A stretch of 63,888 nt of DNA from Circinaria calcarea. Taxonomy: Eukaryota. Under the pieces are notes generated by a model. It was given only the letters and a program-made list of their open reading frames with translations, was not told where the DNA came from and did no database searches. Every line of letters starts with the position of its first letter. Positions within the stretch are counted from its first letter, which is position 1. The stretch spans positions 1 through 63,888 of the forward strand of contig JAVECS010000003.1 of the NCBI GenBank assembly GCA_051942165.1. Direction: 5' to 3'. The position numbers and the translations under genes were made by a program. Positions 51,761-63,888 of the stretch are shown here, piece by piece.

Positions 51761-54187
51761 GAGAAGCTCTGAGATTTTTTCGAATCGTACGATTACCAGT
51801 TACGTGTTGGCGTTCAGGATCTCCGAGTGGGATAGGGTGGTTTTCTATTCCTCCTAAGCTACAATAGATAAGAGACGACTCCGAGGGTCAGGAGTCGGTT
51901 ACTTATGAGGCGGAGTTGCAAAAACCGTTTCGGTCCGAGATTACCGTATCCAAAAGCTTGTTACCAATCCAGCGACCACCTGGGATCGCCCACCACTCCC
52001 GACGATACTGAAGTATTTTGGCGAGCACCACATTTCTTGGCTGTTGGTGGAAGATGTATCATGATTGCCGTCCAAGTTCACATATTTGTAGGTTCTCCTA
52101 AATGCAGCTGCTCCTATATATCCATCTAGGCCTTTGTCAGACACCCCATTGAATATCCCTCCCGCGATTTCCTTTTCCTTTCGAGATCTCGGTCCCTCGG
52201 TCCCTCAAACCTCATTTCTATATCCCGAATTTCTTCTATACGTTTACTTCGGAGCGTAGAAGCCATATTGCAGACCAGCCCCTAGAGAATGTATTCCTCT
52301 GCTCCCAAAAGGGCCAAAGATAATCCAGGTCTAATTTAGCTGACCTCTAATGCGAACGGTGTAATCGAAGCGAAGTGCCATTTCCCGTAGGGCCGTTCTG
52401 AACCGATGCTAAGTAAAAAGATGGCCCAAGCTACGTGAGGAAGTGTTATTTCTTTGAAAGACCCAAAGACACTGCGAAGCGGCCTATAGGATTCTTGAAG
52501 GCCTGAAATGCCAGTTTCCCAGCTACTCCACTAATGTGGCCTGTCTACATTGTCGTCGTGGAGGTTCTTGCTATCAGTAGCGCCACACGTCTGAGAACTG
52601 AGGCAAGATTCTTCCTACGACAGGTTTTGCTATGCATCTAATCCAAAAATCCAGAACGTTGCAAAGAAGAGAAGGATCGATTGCTTTCCCTACTGGCAGT
52701 CTGGCCCGACGGTCATGATGTCTGCTGACTCTAGCCTTCTGCTGGATACATATGAGCAATTGCAGGCCTGTCCATGGGTTAACGGCGGAATTGGTACTCA
52801 CCACGCTGACACATGCGTCATGCTTATGGACGTATGAATCTCTCTGGAATAGAATCACTATATCGAGAGTACAAAATATCTAACAGCCGTCAATATTTAG
52901 ATCATGTTAGAACGCCTCAAATGTCGATATCGAGGCTGAGAACGCTACCAGGGTGAGAGCCTTCAGATGGCGTGCAAATGCAGGGGTCATCCAATCTCTA
53001 CTACCTTGACACCTCTTCGATGGGGCTGTCGAAGAGCGCCCTTCACATTGTTGATACTTGATGACTGACGCGGCAAGCTGGGTTGGTATAGTCTTACACA
53101 TGCTTCGTCATGCGTAACCAGGATTCATCATCTTTTAAGGGCGGAACATACCAGTACATCTTTGTTCATTCAATATTTTCAATACCTCACAAATATTTGC
53201 TTTGCTTTTAGCCGTGCATAAGAGTCTTTAATGTGTATGAACCCTTACTTTCCTTCCGATAACTTGTGGCATCCACCTTGTACATCCTTCTTGGATATGT
53301 TCTCCCAATTTACAACAACTACTAAACACCTAACGTGTTTAGTCAACTGTCGCAGGTGGCTATTGCTACCTTCTGTGGAATGGCTATTGCACAATACTTT
53401 CCTCCAGCATCTGAGCGAGTACAGTTCTAAAGTCTCGATTCCACCCTGGAGTCAGCATTACGTATAAAGAGGTCAGGCAATAATAATCACAAGCCTTGAC
53501 CTTTTATCAATATCGCTTGCTTCTCTAAACAGGATTGACTGACCTTCCCAATTCAATTTGGATGGAACAGTGCCTTATTATCAGCCTGAGACAGCTTATA
53601 GGGTATTCATGAGATCAGTGTTCGATAAACACATTGCTATCGGGAACACAGTCATCCATACCGGTAGCACATACAGGATACTTGGATCATCATTGCGCTT
53701 CTAGATTAAGAACAATTTCTCAGGTCTCCGCCGCCAATATGTTATATCTAAGCTATTTCCTACGCGCGTACGGAGAAGCAAATTGCTTCCTTGATGGATG
53801 AAACGGCAATTGTGAAGGATTTTGTCGTCATTGGACAGACGAGTTGAAAACTCCAGCTGTTTTCTCCTCCCCCTGTTGGTACTCTGGGAACTATCACAAT
53901 AGTCGCTGCCAGTGGCACTCTTTCTCGTTGTGAAAGGGCTTGGAAGCTTTTGAATGACTCCATAGCCAAACATCCGTAGGAACATAACAATATGTATAAT
54001 GTTAGGACACATATGATATCATCTGTTGGGAATCATCATAACAGAAACATAGGCATACAATACTGCGCCTAGGAATCTCTAGATAAACATTGGAGTAGGC
54101 TAGAAAGCGGACTAACCATAAAGCGTAATTCATATTTACATCTGAACTTGTGCATTGTGTCTAGAAGAGATCATATGCATCTTCAAT

Positions 54188-54921
54188 ATGGTCAGCGTTA
54201 TTCAACGTATGAGAAAACTGAGAACTGTACGTTCCACATTTGTCCGCGCTCGAACTGACGAGGATACACTAACCACTGCTCTCACATGTAGAAAGTATGC
54301 CTCCATCGTGTATCAAAAGCCATCGGAGTTCCCACACTGACCCACCGCCCATAGCTACTGGCAATACGACTCGGGCCTGGCGCGGCCGTCCTCCCCAAAG
54401 ATGTCAAAAGAATACATATGGATTTTGCCTCCAAGCTCAACGATGGACACTTTGGCGCGCGCAAATTCTGGCGAAACTACCTTCCCCGTCTCAAATACCA
54501 CAACCCGGCTGTTTCGATGACCATTAATCGTACGACGGACCAAGCAGGTCCTTCAACCATGACAGTCTTCTTCGCCCCTCCCCTCGATTCCACTTCTCCC
54601 ACCACCTCCCCTACACCGTCATCCTCGGCTGGTACACCCACCACTATGTCAGGGCAAGCGCCGTTCGATCGGACAACGTCAATCGACATGAAGTACAAAC
54701 ATGAATCGGAGATTCTAGCAAAGCTGATAGTTCTTACGAAGGCGACAGCCGTGGTAGCGACACCGGAGGAGGAGGCGGAATTGCAAGGGTTGGAGGAGCA
54801 GAGGAAAAGGAGCTTGCAGGATGCGGAGAGGATGGCGGAAGTCAATGAGAGGAGGAGGAGAGAAAAGAGCTTATTGCAGGCAGCAAGAGGGGATGTGGGT
54901 GAGACCCACGCGTTGACTTAA
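54188..54921 (+). CDS. MRP49: Mitochondrial large-subunit ribosomal protein Mrp49 (L51/S25/CI-B8 domain)
   Basis: Exon 1 MVSVIQRMRKLRT|gtacgt; GHFGARKFWRNYLPRLKYHNPAV. Confidence 0.85.
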
Positions 54922-55304
54922 ATAATTTGTGGCTGTTATGTATAACTATTGCGTATAAAGCGCTTGTGGTGGAAGGTACTTTAGGAGAGGGAGTAAACCA
55001 TCTTCCTCTACGAAGAAGTTATCGAAGCTTTACGCATAGTGGCTGTTTTGGAATAGCTCGCACTGCACAGCTGATTTGGGATCGACCGAGGACATGATGA
55101 TCTTCATTACTTTGAGACGTTCCATTGTCTCGTAGATATTGTGTATCATTTGACAGGATTAGGGATGACCAGATGCCGTCCCTTCCAGCAGCTATGTGAA
55201 GTCAAAGTCCGGTCTATATTGATATAGATACCAACCATCTACACCACCGATAGGTTATCGCAACTAGCTGTGCAACCACCTACTGAGCATTTCATGGGCC
55301 GAAC

Positions 55305-55920
55305 TCATTGGTCAAGACGGGTCGGGAAAGTGCCGGTCTCTGCGAGATTTTATCAGCCCATCTTTCCTACACCCCACCCACAACTGCTTTACTGACCCCG
55401 CTGAGTATCCCATCTTTCAACCCAAGCACTAGGGCACAATGACCGATATGCTAAGAAGAACTATGGGAAAGCTATCAGTTAGGGGCAAAATGGTTGGGAG
55501 GCGGGCGCCTCTACTTGACGGCAAGGGGCAAAGTCCTCGCCCTTTGCTAGAATACATTTGTGGTAATCAACATAGTTCTGCCAACAGTGCTTGGTTCTAT
55601 TGATCCATCAGCCCTTATGTATATTATGGATTCGATAACATGGCGGATAGATAAGCCACTCACTGGTTTTGGTTAGGGAAGCGAGCATCGAAGCCTTGAG
55701 TTAGGTCCGGTCGTCAGTGCCCACCCGGTATGAGGATATCAGAGGATATCAGGGAATAGCGGGCTGAATTGGCGGCTTGGGGCAGTTTCCGTCGAAGATG
55801 TGGATATACATACCAGCTGCGACAATGTTGTCAGTAAAGGAAACAACTACTTTACATCTCGGACAATCACTTACCTGTGACGAACTTGAAAGGCTTAGTC
55901 ACACGCTCCTCGTCTGACAT
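55305..55920 (-). CDS. COX12: Cytochrome c oxidase subunit VIb (not in ORF track); 6 exons
   Basis: Exons 55920-55875, 55816-55814, 55694-55664, 55596-55515, 55460-55397 and 55339-55305, all GT-AG, give MSDEERVTKPFKFVTAGFDARFPNQNQTKHCWQNYVDYHKCILAKGEDFAPCRQFFLAYRSLCPSAWVERWDTQRETGTFPTRLDQ*. Confidence 0.96.
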
Positions 55921-56138
55921 GATATTGAAAAGAGTAATTTTTGTTGCTGTGGTTATGATTAAGTATTGCAACTGGTACTACTTAGGAGGAGACTCAATTT
56001 GATGTCGTCAAAAGCAGAGACAGCACTCGGCAATTTGCCGAAATAGGATTAGTACGTTAAGCTTCACGTCAGTGACAAGTCGGTAATATTCCCCCTCGAT
56101 TAAATCCGCTTTTTCCCAATCTTTCCAGGAAAGTCATC
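55921..56138. promoter_or_regulatory. Putative bidirectional promoter with central palindrome
   Basis: 218 bp between divergent ATGs. Contains TCGGCAA-T-TTGCCGA at 56027-56041, CACGTCA at 56065-56071 and CCAAT at 56116-56120. Confidence 0.6.
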
Positions 56139-56663
56139 ATGTATCCAACACGTGTTCTACGAATGCAGCCTACAAGGGCGTTGATGCGGCCAGTGCCGGT
56201 GAGTTAAGGAAAGCTCGGACGGAGAGGAACCCGGCTAATGCCAGCTGTAGAAGGAGGAGCATAGCGGTCTGTCATCCCAAGAAACCAGAGCTTGATATGG
56301 ACAATGGCATTCTCCAGTCATGACAAAACTCTTCACTAACGGGTTTCTTGGGAACAGCACATACTGTCTCTCAGCGTTTGAGGAACCTCAAAAAGATTCC
56401 CCCGGAGTTGATCCCCCTTGGTACGAAAGATCCATAGTGCCCGTATGATCCGCTTGATCTTCTGTACTAACCTTCTCATAGGAATTGTACTTGGGTGAGC
56501 ACTACATCCTCGTGTTCATACGTTTCTCAACCTCTAGGAATACTGATGGGCTCTTCAACGCAGTATTGCCATTGGGGCGGCGTTCTGGTCCATGGGAAAC
56601 AAGCTCTTCACAGACAAAACTCTACGATTGACGAAATCAAATCGGTCGGATAATTTCAAATAG
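56139..56663 (+). CDS. 83-aa single-TM mitochondrial protein, MLRQ/NDUFA4(COXFA4)-like (not in ORF track); 5 exons
   Basis: Exons 56139-56198, 56251-56266, 56358-56420, 56482-56494 and 56564-56663 (252 nt, all GT-AG) give MYPTRVLRMQPTRALMRPVPKEEHSAHTVSQRLRNLKKIPPELIPLGIVLGIAIGAAFWSMGNKLFTDKTLRLTKSNRSDNFK*. The PELIPL-TM-KLxxDxxLRL pattern resembles the MLRQ family. Confidence 0.85.
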
Positions 56664-56885
56664 CGGGTATTATGGAGCGATACTGTTCTAGTGCGAGAGG
56701 GATCTATTTGAACCGACTCGGGGGCCGGACAGATAAAGATACTGCAATTTGTGAAGTGTGACCAGGCCAAAAATTTCGGGGCCTTAGTTTATGTTGTACA
56801 TATGTTAGGGGTGTATTCTAGCTGATTGGAAGACATCATTTGTCATTAGTTCGCTGCGGCAAAGCACGTTGAATTTCTTAGATTC

Positions 56886-57427
56886 TTATGACGACGCTGG
56901 TTGTGGACCTGCTACATCGAGTCCCTCGAGTCCTTGCATGGGGCCATCGGGACGGACGTCTGATCCATTCCTCGCCTTTTCCGCAGCTAGTCGGTCTTCA
57001 TCGCTGACTGCGTGTTTGGCCAGCCAACCCTCCTGGAAAATAAAATGTCAGCTCAGAATACCTTGCCGCCGCCTTGGCAGATGAGGTGGAATGCTAGACG
57101 ACATACTTGCTCCCAAATTGCCGTTTTGCTTCCCAGGCCTTCGTTGCTCTCCTTTTGGGGCTTTGCGGCTGCCACTTTGATTACTCGGCCAAATAACTCG
57201 CTCTGATGCATGTTGTCTATCGCCTCCTTGGCGTCGCCCGGAACCTCAAATTCAACGTAGCCAAATCCCCGATGCGGATCCGGCGAAGAAGGTACTTCTG
57301 GCTTTGGTAAGGAAACTTCTACAATCTCTCCAAAGGGTAGGAATGCTTCGGCCAGTATTCTCTCGTTGACCGCGTTATCGAGACCGCCCACGTAGACGGT
57401 TGCCTTAAGTCGGGCGGTGTCTGACAT
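56886..57427 (-). CDS. RRM protein homologous to the N-terminus of cyclophilin E (PPIE/Cyp33), no PPIase domain
   Basis: TVYVGGL (RNP2), HRGFGYVEF (RNP1) and AIDNMHQSELFGRVIKV; intron about 57107-57034; exon 2 EGWLAKH..GPQPASS*. Confidence 0.88.
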
Positions 57428-57851
57428 GGTAAACCGTCAAGATGGTGACTGATGCTATAGCCTGTTAGCATAGACATGTACACAGCTCTAAATAGATGGC
57501 ATCATAACTCACCGAAGTAGTCTGATGTCACGTGGAGGCTTGGATATTTCTTGAGTGACCGGGTTAAATTCGGCAAAGTAGCCTGGCACTACCATAGTGG
57601 CCCTCCAAGCATTGATTGGGCGGAAGGACACTTCTTAAAATGCCCCGATTATCCAGACATGCAAGATATAATATATTGACCGTCAAAAGTAGACGCTTTC
57701 ATGAATTAAATTGATCGTTGAAGATGAGAAACTTGATTGTATGAAAAAGGGCGCAGAGTATCGGTGAGGAAGATCATTTCGGAGCTGCTTACATCCCTAA
57801 TACGCCTGGCAAAATCACGAATCTGCTTGTTGTTGCGCGATTGTATCTGCG

Positions 57852-60800
57852 ATGGTGGGCCTCCGCGAGATCCCAAGGACTGCAACCTTTGCTTGGTCTC
57901 CTAGTACCTCCTCGACCTTGCTAGCTACCGGAACGCGGGCAGGCGCTGTCGATGCGGATTTCTCCAACGACACCCAGCTTGAGCTCTGGGATTTGGATTT
58001 GAGCAATACGAAGGGGATTGAGCTACAGCCATCGGCTAGCATAGATACCGACTCACGGTGGGTTAAAATTCTTACTTGTCTTTGGTCGTGTTAGGCTCTG
58101 GCTGATCAGACACAAATAATGGCAGGTTCCACGATATTGCATGGGTCCAGCCAAAGGATGGATTCTCCAGAGGTGTCATTGCCGGGGCGTTGGAAAACGG
58201 ATCTTTGGACTTGTGGGATGCGGAAAAGCTTCTCAACGGGAATGGGTAAGGGGACTGTCGGATATTGGTTGGACGCCATTTGACTCTCTTTAGGGACCCC
58301 TTTATATCGCGGACAACAACGCACACCGGAGCAATCAAAACGCTTCAGTTCAATCCATTTCGAACGGAACTTTTGGCAACGGCAGGGGCACAAGGCGAGG
58401 TATGCATTACGCATCAGGGAAGCTCGCCATGGTCTAAGCAGTGCATAGATATTCATCTCCGACATCAATAACATTGCCAATCCCTTTCGCCTAGGTACAG
58501 GTCGACCAAATACAGTCGCTAGGGCAGATGACTTTGAATGCCTGGACTGGAATAAGAAGGTACCCCACATAATGGTAACAGGAAGCAGCCGCGGCTCTGT
58601 CACAGTATGGGATGTGAAAACCAAAAAAGAGAGCCTGACGCTCAAAGACCTTGGCCGAAAGCCTGTAGCGGCGCTTGCTTGGGATCCGGAAAAGGCGAGT
58701 TAGGGATTCATGTGCTGGAAGAATACATCGCTGACAAGGACTTATGCAGCCAACACGACTCATTACGGCAGTTGCTCTTGATCCCGACTCACTTATTCAG
58801 GTGTGGGACTTGAGGAATTCAAGCGCACCCGAACGGGTATGTGTTTACACTATTAGCATAGTTTCATTACACTAACCTCACGAAAGATCCTCAAAGGCCA
58901 CGAGGGGGACGTGCTCTCTCTTTCCTGGTGCAGGCAGGATAGTGATCTCTTGCTGTCCTGTGGAAAAGATAATCGCACTATCTGTTGGAACCCTCAAACC
59001 GGTGATGCCTATGGCGAGTTCGCCGTTGTTGAGAACTGGACATTTCAAACAAAATGGAACCCTCATAATCCTAACATTTTTGCTACGGCATCTTTCGATG
59101 GCAAAATTGCTGTGCAAACTATCCAAAACACCAACTCGAGAAATGATAAAAATGTCGGAAACCAATCGCAGGCATTAGACGGTGAAGAATTCTTCAACAA
59201 AGCTCAATCCCAACTCCCAAGCGCTTCGTTTACTCTGTCCAAAGCTCCTAAATGGTTACAGAGACCGTGCGGGGCATCTTTCGGGTTCGGTGGGAAAGTC
59301 CTGAGCTTCACACTTGGGGAGTCTCATGGGACTTCGTCGAGAAACTCGATAGTTCGTTTGTCAAATTTTGTTGTGGATACTGAGATTGGTGCCATGACGG
59401 ACGCATTCGAAAAAGCAATGAGCGAACATGACCTGAGAAGTATATGCGAGACCAGGATTGTCCAGACTACGCTTGAGGCCGAGAAAGCTGATTGGAAGAT
59501 TATTGAGACACTAATCTCTGATAATCCTCGCAAAGAACTGGTTAACTTTTTGGGTTTCTCAAAGAAAGATGACGAAGCGGCCGACAAGCTTTCCAAACTT
59601 GATACCAACGGCGATGCAGGCAAGCGCTTATCAACGCGTGATGCTGACGGAGCAAAGAACAACCGTCTATCAGCCTTCTTTGACAATAGTCATGAGGGCG
59701 ACAACTTTTTGGCGGACCTAGCCGCAACGAAGGGCGCAAAAACCAATAATCCCTTTCATATTCACTCCGGTTCTGAATCAGATTCGGATCGAAAAATAAC
59801 TCACGCATTAATGCTTGGGCAATTTAGCAAAGCCATGGAAGTATGTTTGCAGGAGGACCGGATGTCTGATGCATTTATGATTGCAGTCTGCGGCGGACAG
59901 CAATGTATCGACCAGGTACAAAAAGCGTATTTCACAAAGCAAGCAGATGGTCCAAACTACCTCCGTTTGCTAGCCTCTGTGGTGGGTAAGAATCTCTGGG
60001 ATATTGTCTACAATGCCGATCTTGAGAATTGGAGGGAGGTAATGGCCACGCTCTGCACATATGCCAATGCTGAAGAATTCCCGGATCTATGTGAGGCCTT
60101 AGGTGATCGATTGGAAGAACGACTGAACCACACTTCGAATGAGTCGGAGTCGAGAACGGACGCAACATTTTGCTACATAGCAGGCTCCAAATTAGAGAAG
60201 GTTGTGGGTCTCTGGATAGCACAGTTGGAACAGTACGAGAGCTCCGATTTACAGGACGAAAATCAGGATTCATCCTTCTCTAACCATGCGCGCTCTTTGC
60301 AGAGTTTTATCGAGAAGGTTACTGTGTTTCGGGAGGTTACCCGTTACCAAGATGGTGACCGCAACTCTACTTCTGATTGGAAGCTTGCCTCTCTATACGA
60401 TAAATATACCGAATACGCGGATATTGCCGCTTCTCATGGACGGTTACAGATTGCTGAGAAGTACCTGGATCTGCTTCCAAAGCAGTATCCAGCTGCTGAA
60501 GTAGCTCGGAATCGTGTAAAGCAAGCAATCTGGAAACCGGCCACCGCGGCTGCTGCAAGACAGTCGGTCAATGCGCCCATGAATACAACGATGAATGTGA
60601 CGGCAACTTCTAATCGCACATCGAAGAGTATGCCCACTTTTGAGGATCAGCGACAACCAGCCAAATCCTCTGTACCATCTACGAGCATGTATACTCCACA
60701 GGGTGTGAGCCAACCGGAAGGAGCATATGCTCCCCAGAGTCATGGTTCGTATGGGTTGCAAGGCTATCAACCTACTCAACAGCCCCAGCAAGGCCAACGG

Positions 60801-62043
60801 CAACAATTTGGCGTCGCACCGCCGCATACGTATGGTGCACTACCCCCAAATAACCATAGCTTGGGCCCACCTCCTAGGGCTTTCAATTCATCCCCCTCCA
60901 TAGCTCCTCCATCGAAAGACAAGAACATGAGTAATTGGAACGACACCCCCGAGGACTTTTTTAAACCTCCGACATCGCGCCGGAGTACTCCAAGCGTTGT
61001 TGCTCCCCCTATGGTCGCACCGTTCGCTAACCAACCCACTATGCCGACGCCACCGATGGCTGGTCAAGCCTTTGGTGCCCAGCCTAGGTCTACTCCGCCC
61101 GCACCACCTCCCAAAGGTCCTGCACCTCCTCCAAGATCCATGACACCCCAGACAAATGGGCCATATTCTTATCAGCAGCCTGAACAGCCACCGTCGTCGG
61201 CAGCAAATGTATACGCACCGCAACAGTACTCCAATCAGCTTGGACCAAGTCAACAGCATCCGCCAGTACCTCGAGGACCTTCTCCTTACAATGCTCCGCC
61301 GTCAGGTCCACCACCTCCCAATCGCTACACTCCTGCACCAGCCGCACAGGCACCGGCACCTGTCGTGAAACGGCCCGCGCCACCCCCTAACCCTTATGCA
61401 TCTCAGCAGAATCTTCCCACCCGACAGTCATTTCCAACCGAACAGTATGGCTCCCAAGAAACGCCACTACAACAACCGGCTCCACCGCCTAACGCATCTA
61501 CAATACCAGCCGGCCATTCGGAGGGATCGCGACCTGGTACCGCTCAATCTCAAAAAGGAAGAGCGTCGGTTCCTGCAACTCCAAAGTACCGTAAGTCTAT
61601 ACCACTCCGGTGCTTCCAAATCAATTCGGTTGACGTTTTACAGCACCTGGTGATCGCAATCATATACCGGCAAATGCGCGACCCGTGTACGAGATCCTGA
61701 ACGATGATATGCACCGTGTTAAGTCAAGAGCACCTGCAGCGTTCAAGGCTCATGTGAACGATATGGAAAAACGACTAAATATCTTATTCGACCATCTCAA
61801 CAACGAGGATCTCCTGAAGCCGAATACTATCGAGGACATGGTTGAACTGGCGCAGGCAATACGATCAAAGAACTACGACCAAGCCCAGGCCATTCACATT
61901 GATATTTTAACCAACAGAAACAGCGAGTGCGGAACCTGGATGGTAAGCCCCTATGCTCGATTGGTTGTACACTATAGGCTACTAACTATACAATTTAGAC
62001 CGGCGTGAAGCGTCTAATCAGCATGAGTAAGGCAACGCCTTAA
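57852..62043 (+). CDS. SEC31: COPII outer coat protein Sec31; multi-exon
   Basis: [18 protein letters not shown]40 repeats, [18 protein letters not shown], Pro-rich region with WNDTP, and C-terminal [19 protein letters not shown]. Confidence 0.97.
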
Positions 62044-62858
62044 GATATGGGACGTAAGGTGAATTTAGAGAGCACATCCGTCTCTTGGAAGTCATCATGT
62101 ATCAGCAATCCTTATAGCACAGAAAGTTTGTTGCTTTATATCTAGGCCGAGTCTGAGAAATCAACCATTTTTCCAAACCCATTCAGACGAATTTTCCACT
62201 CATGTCAACGTCAACGTAATCACATTATCAATAGTATCTACTCACCCTTACTCTTCCCCCTATTCGGGCATAGTTGAAAAGATTCAAACTGTCATCAAAC
62301 TGTAGTCCGCCGGTAACGTACGTAGTCTTTCAACCCCATACTATACTGTAGATCGTTATTACATTATTTCTTCCCTAATCCGGCATCCTACTCATCCTTT
62401 TCCGCATCGTCGTCTCACTTACGATATCCCATCTACTCATGGCGAAGAATCTTCCAGCAACGATCTATTCCACCTTACTCCCAGCTAAACATGGATGAGA
62501 AACTGCGAATCCATTCGGTGACGCCCTTGTATAGTGCTGTGTCGAGTCTTGTGCTTTATTAGACCCCCAACCTCTGTGCTTTCCCTTGAGTAGCTTTCGT
62601 TGCGGCTCCTGAGTCAAGTTTAGACTTGATGTAGTATAGGGCGCTGGTAGGTCCCTATCCGGAAAGTGAAATAGGGAGATTGAATGCTGAATGAATGAAC
62701 TTTTCATATCTGGTTTATACGTAGAGGAGAGTAAATGCTTCTGGTCATTGAGTTATCCTACGTATGCTCTTAAAAAAACGGTTGGAGGGATTTTACATGA
62801 TCTGCAGAGACAATAGTTGTCAGCACCATATCAACCATTGCTTTGTATGGTTAAAACT

Positions 62859-63232
62859 TTACGCCATGTTATCAGAAATTGTTTTGTTACTGGTATTGGT
62901 TTTCAGCCTATCGGGATCAGTAACTGCCTGGCAGCGAGCATGCATTGATCTAATTAGATCACGTAACTGGTCCTCCGTGACAGCATCCAATGCTTCCCTT
63001 ACTGGGTTTCTAAACTTGCCATAGGAGAGCTTGTCTTCATTTCCGTAGTGCTCTTGAATCCATTCTTTCATAATATTCCACACGGCTTCAATAGGGTTCA
63101 AATCAGGTGAATAAGGTGGTCATTCAATGATCTTAATACCGCGTTCCTGCATCTCTTGCTTCGTATACGCTGTGCGGTGACCAGGAGCGTGATCTTGCAT
63201 GAATTAAAGCTCTGGATGCAGCCGAATCAGTC
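62859..63232 (-). mobile_element. Degenerate Tc1/mariner (DDE_3-type) transposase fragment
   Basis: HPEL*FMQDHAPGH...IE*PPYSPDLNPIEAVW..SMHARCQAV, with in-frame stops at 63206-63204 (TAA) and 63122-63120 (TGA). Confidence 0.88.
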
Positions 63233-63429
63233 CTTCTCGGTTTCTCCTCGAGGCACATACAAACTCAATAAGGGTTTGTAGAGAAGAGTCGTGAATGACT
63301 GATTTTGCACCACATTTGCGTTTTTGGAGCGTAGGGCGATAGTTGACTGTATATTGCACCTGATGATAGGATATACTGAGGGCTTTTGTAATAGAATCAT
63401 AGTTCTAACCTAAATCGCGCAAGCACAAA

Positions 63430-63888
63430 GCTTTCCCGAGTCTCAGGGGGGGTCGCCAGGCTTTCGGCGGGGGTCGTCCGGTATCTAAATTTCGCCCTGG
63501 TATATAATAAAAACTAGGCGTATTCGCCCTGAATCAGGCGCAATTCGCCCTGAGCCAGGTATAATTCGCTCTAAGTATCAGAACCGGCTCCAATTAGTAC
63601 ATTAATATAAATTCCAAAAGTAATACTAAATATGAAAGGCTATTCGGCTGGTTCGGCGTATTCTAAAAGGCATAATTCGGCGCATAGTTCGGCGTATTCC
63701 GAAGGCATGGAAGGCACGAATATACCAATATTTAGTAGAGTCCGAGGCACGAGGCGCGAGTATTCGGCAGGCGTAGCCTTTATAGATAAAAGGTATAGGC
63801 CCGGAATAGTGAGTTACGCTTAATTATAAATTCTGGTTTCGGGTAATACTCGGGTCGGTAAATTACCGGCCAACCCCCCCCCCCGGAG
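63430..63888. repeat. Degenerate repeat-rich DNA, probably the edge of a RIP-mutated element
   Basis: Four TTCGCCCTG-like units at about 63490-63575, several TTCGGC units at 63641-63770, and a TpA-rich composition. Confidence 0.55.

Noticed and set aside
51800..54100. 2.3-kb apparently gene-free stretch with fragmentary coding-like frames
   Set aside because: Could be a decayed gene or element, but I could not establish a consistent frame or family; needs BLASTx.
595..61653. Numerous antisense or alternate-frame ORFs overlapping called genes
   Set aside because: Shadow ORFs expected in coding DNA of this composition; none shows independent motifs.
63490..63775. CRISPR-like spacing of short repeats
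   Set aside because: Eukaryotic context, repeats too short and degenerate, and no cas genes.
1..63888. tRNA, rRNA, snoRNA genes or a secondary-metabolite cluster
   Set aside because: None recognised by eye; tRNAscan-SE or Infernal would be needed to exclude small RNAs in the longer introns.

Overview
Eukaryotic genomic DNA from a filamentous ascomycete (Pezizomycotina-type; inferred from short GT-AG introns with CTRAC branch sites, the gene families, and RIP-like AT-rich ends). The window is a gene-dense block of about 27 mostly housekeeping genes between an AT-rich degenerate left edge and a decayed Tc1/mariner remnant plus repeats on the right. Gene order: RRxS-repeat orphan, GTPase-like/RasGEF fusion, HIT finger, NFU1, PSP1-domain protein, hypothetical protein, RPL15, HECT E3, GEP3, GET2, DNA pol iota, putative PP1 regulator, SMP/C2 protein, GlcNAc-6-P deacetylase, acetyl-CoA synthetase, ADAM protease, beta-alanine synthase, RPS10, SDE2, MRP49, COX12, MLRQ/NDUFA4-like protein, RRM-only PPIE and SEC31. 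Two micro-exon genes absent from the ORF track were reconstructed by hand: COX12 (with a 3-nt exon) and an 83-aa NDUFA4/MLRQ-like gene, head-to-head around a central perfect palindrome. Other highlights: an acetyl-CoA synthetase intron apparently ending in CGG rather than AG, the deacetylase-ACS pairing, and a tandem array of PKA-consensus sites. Gene models are manual and family calls come from recognised motifs; no searches were run.
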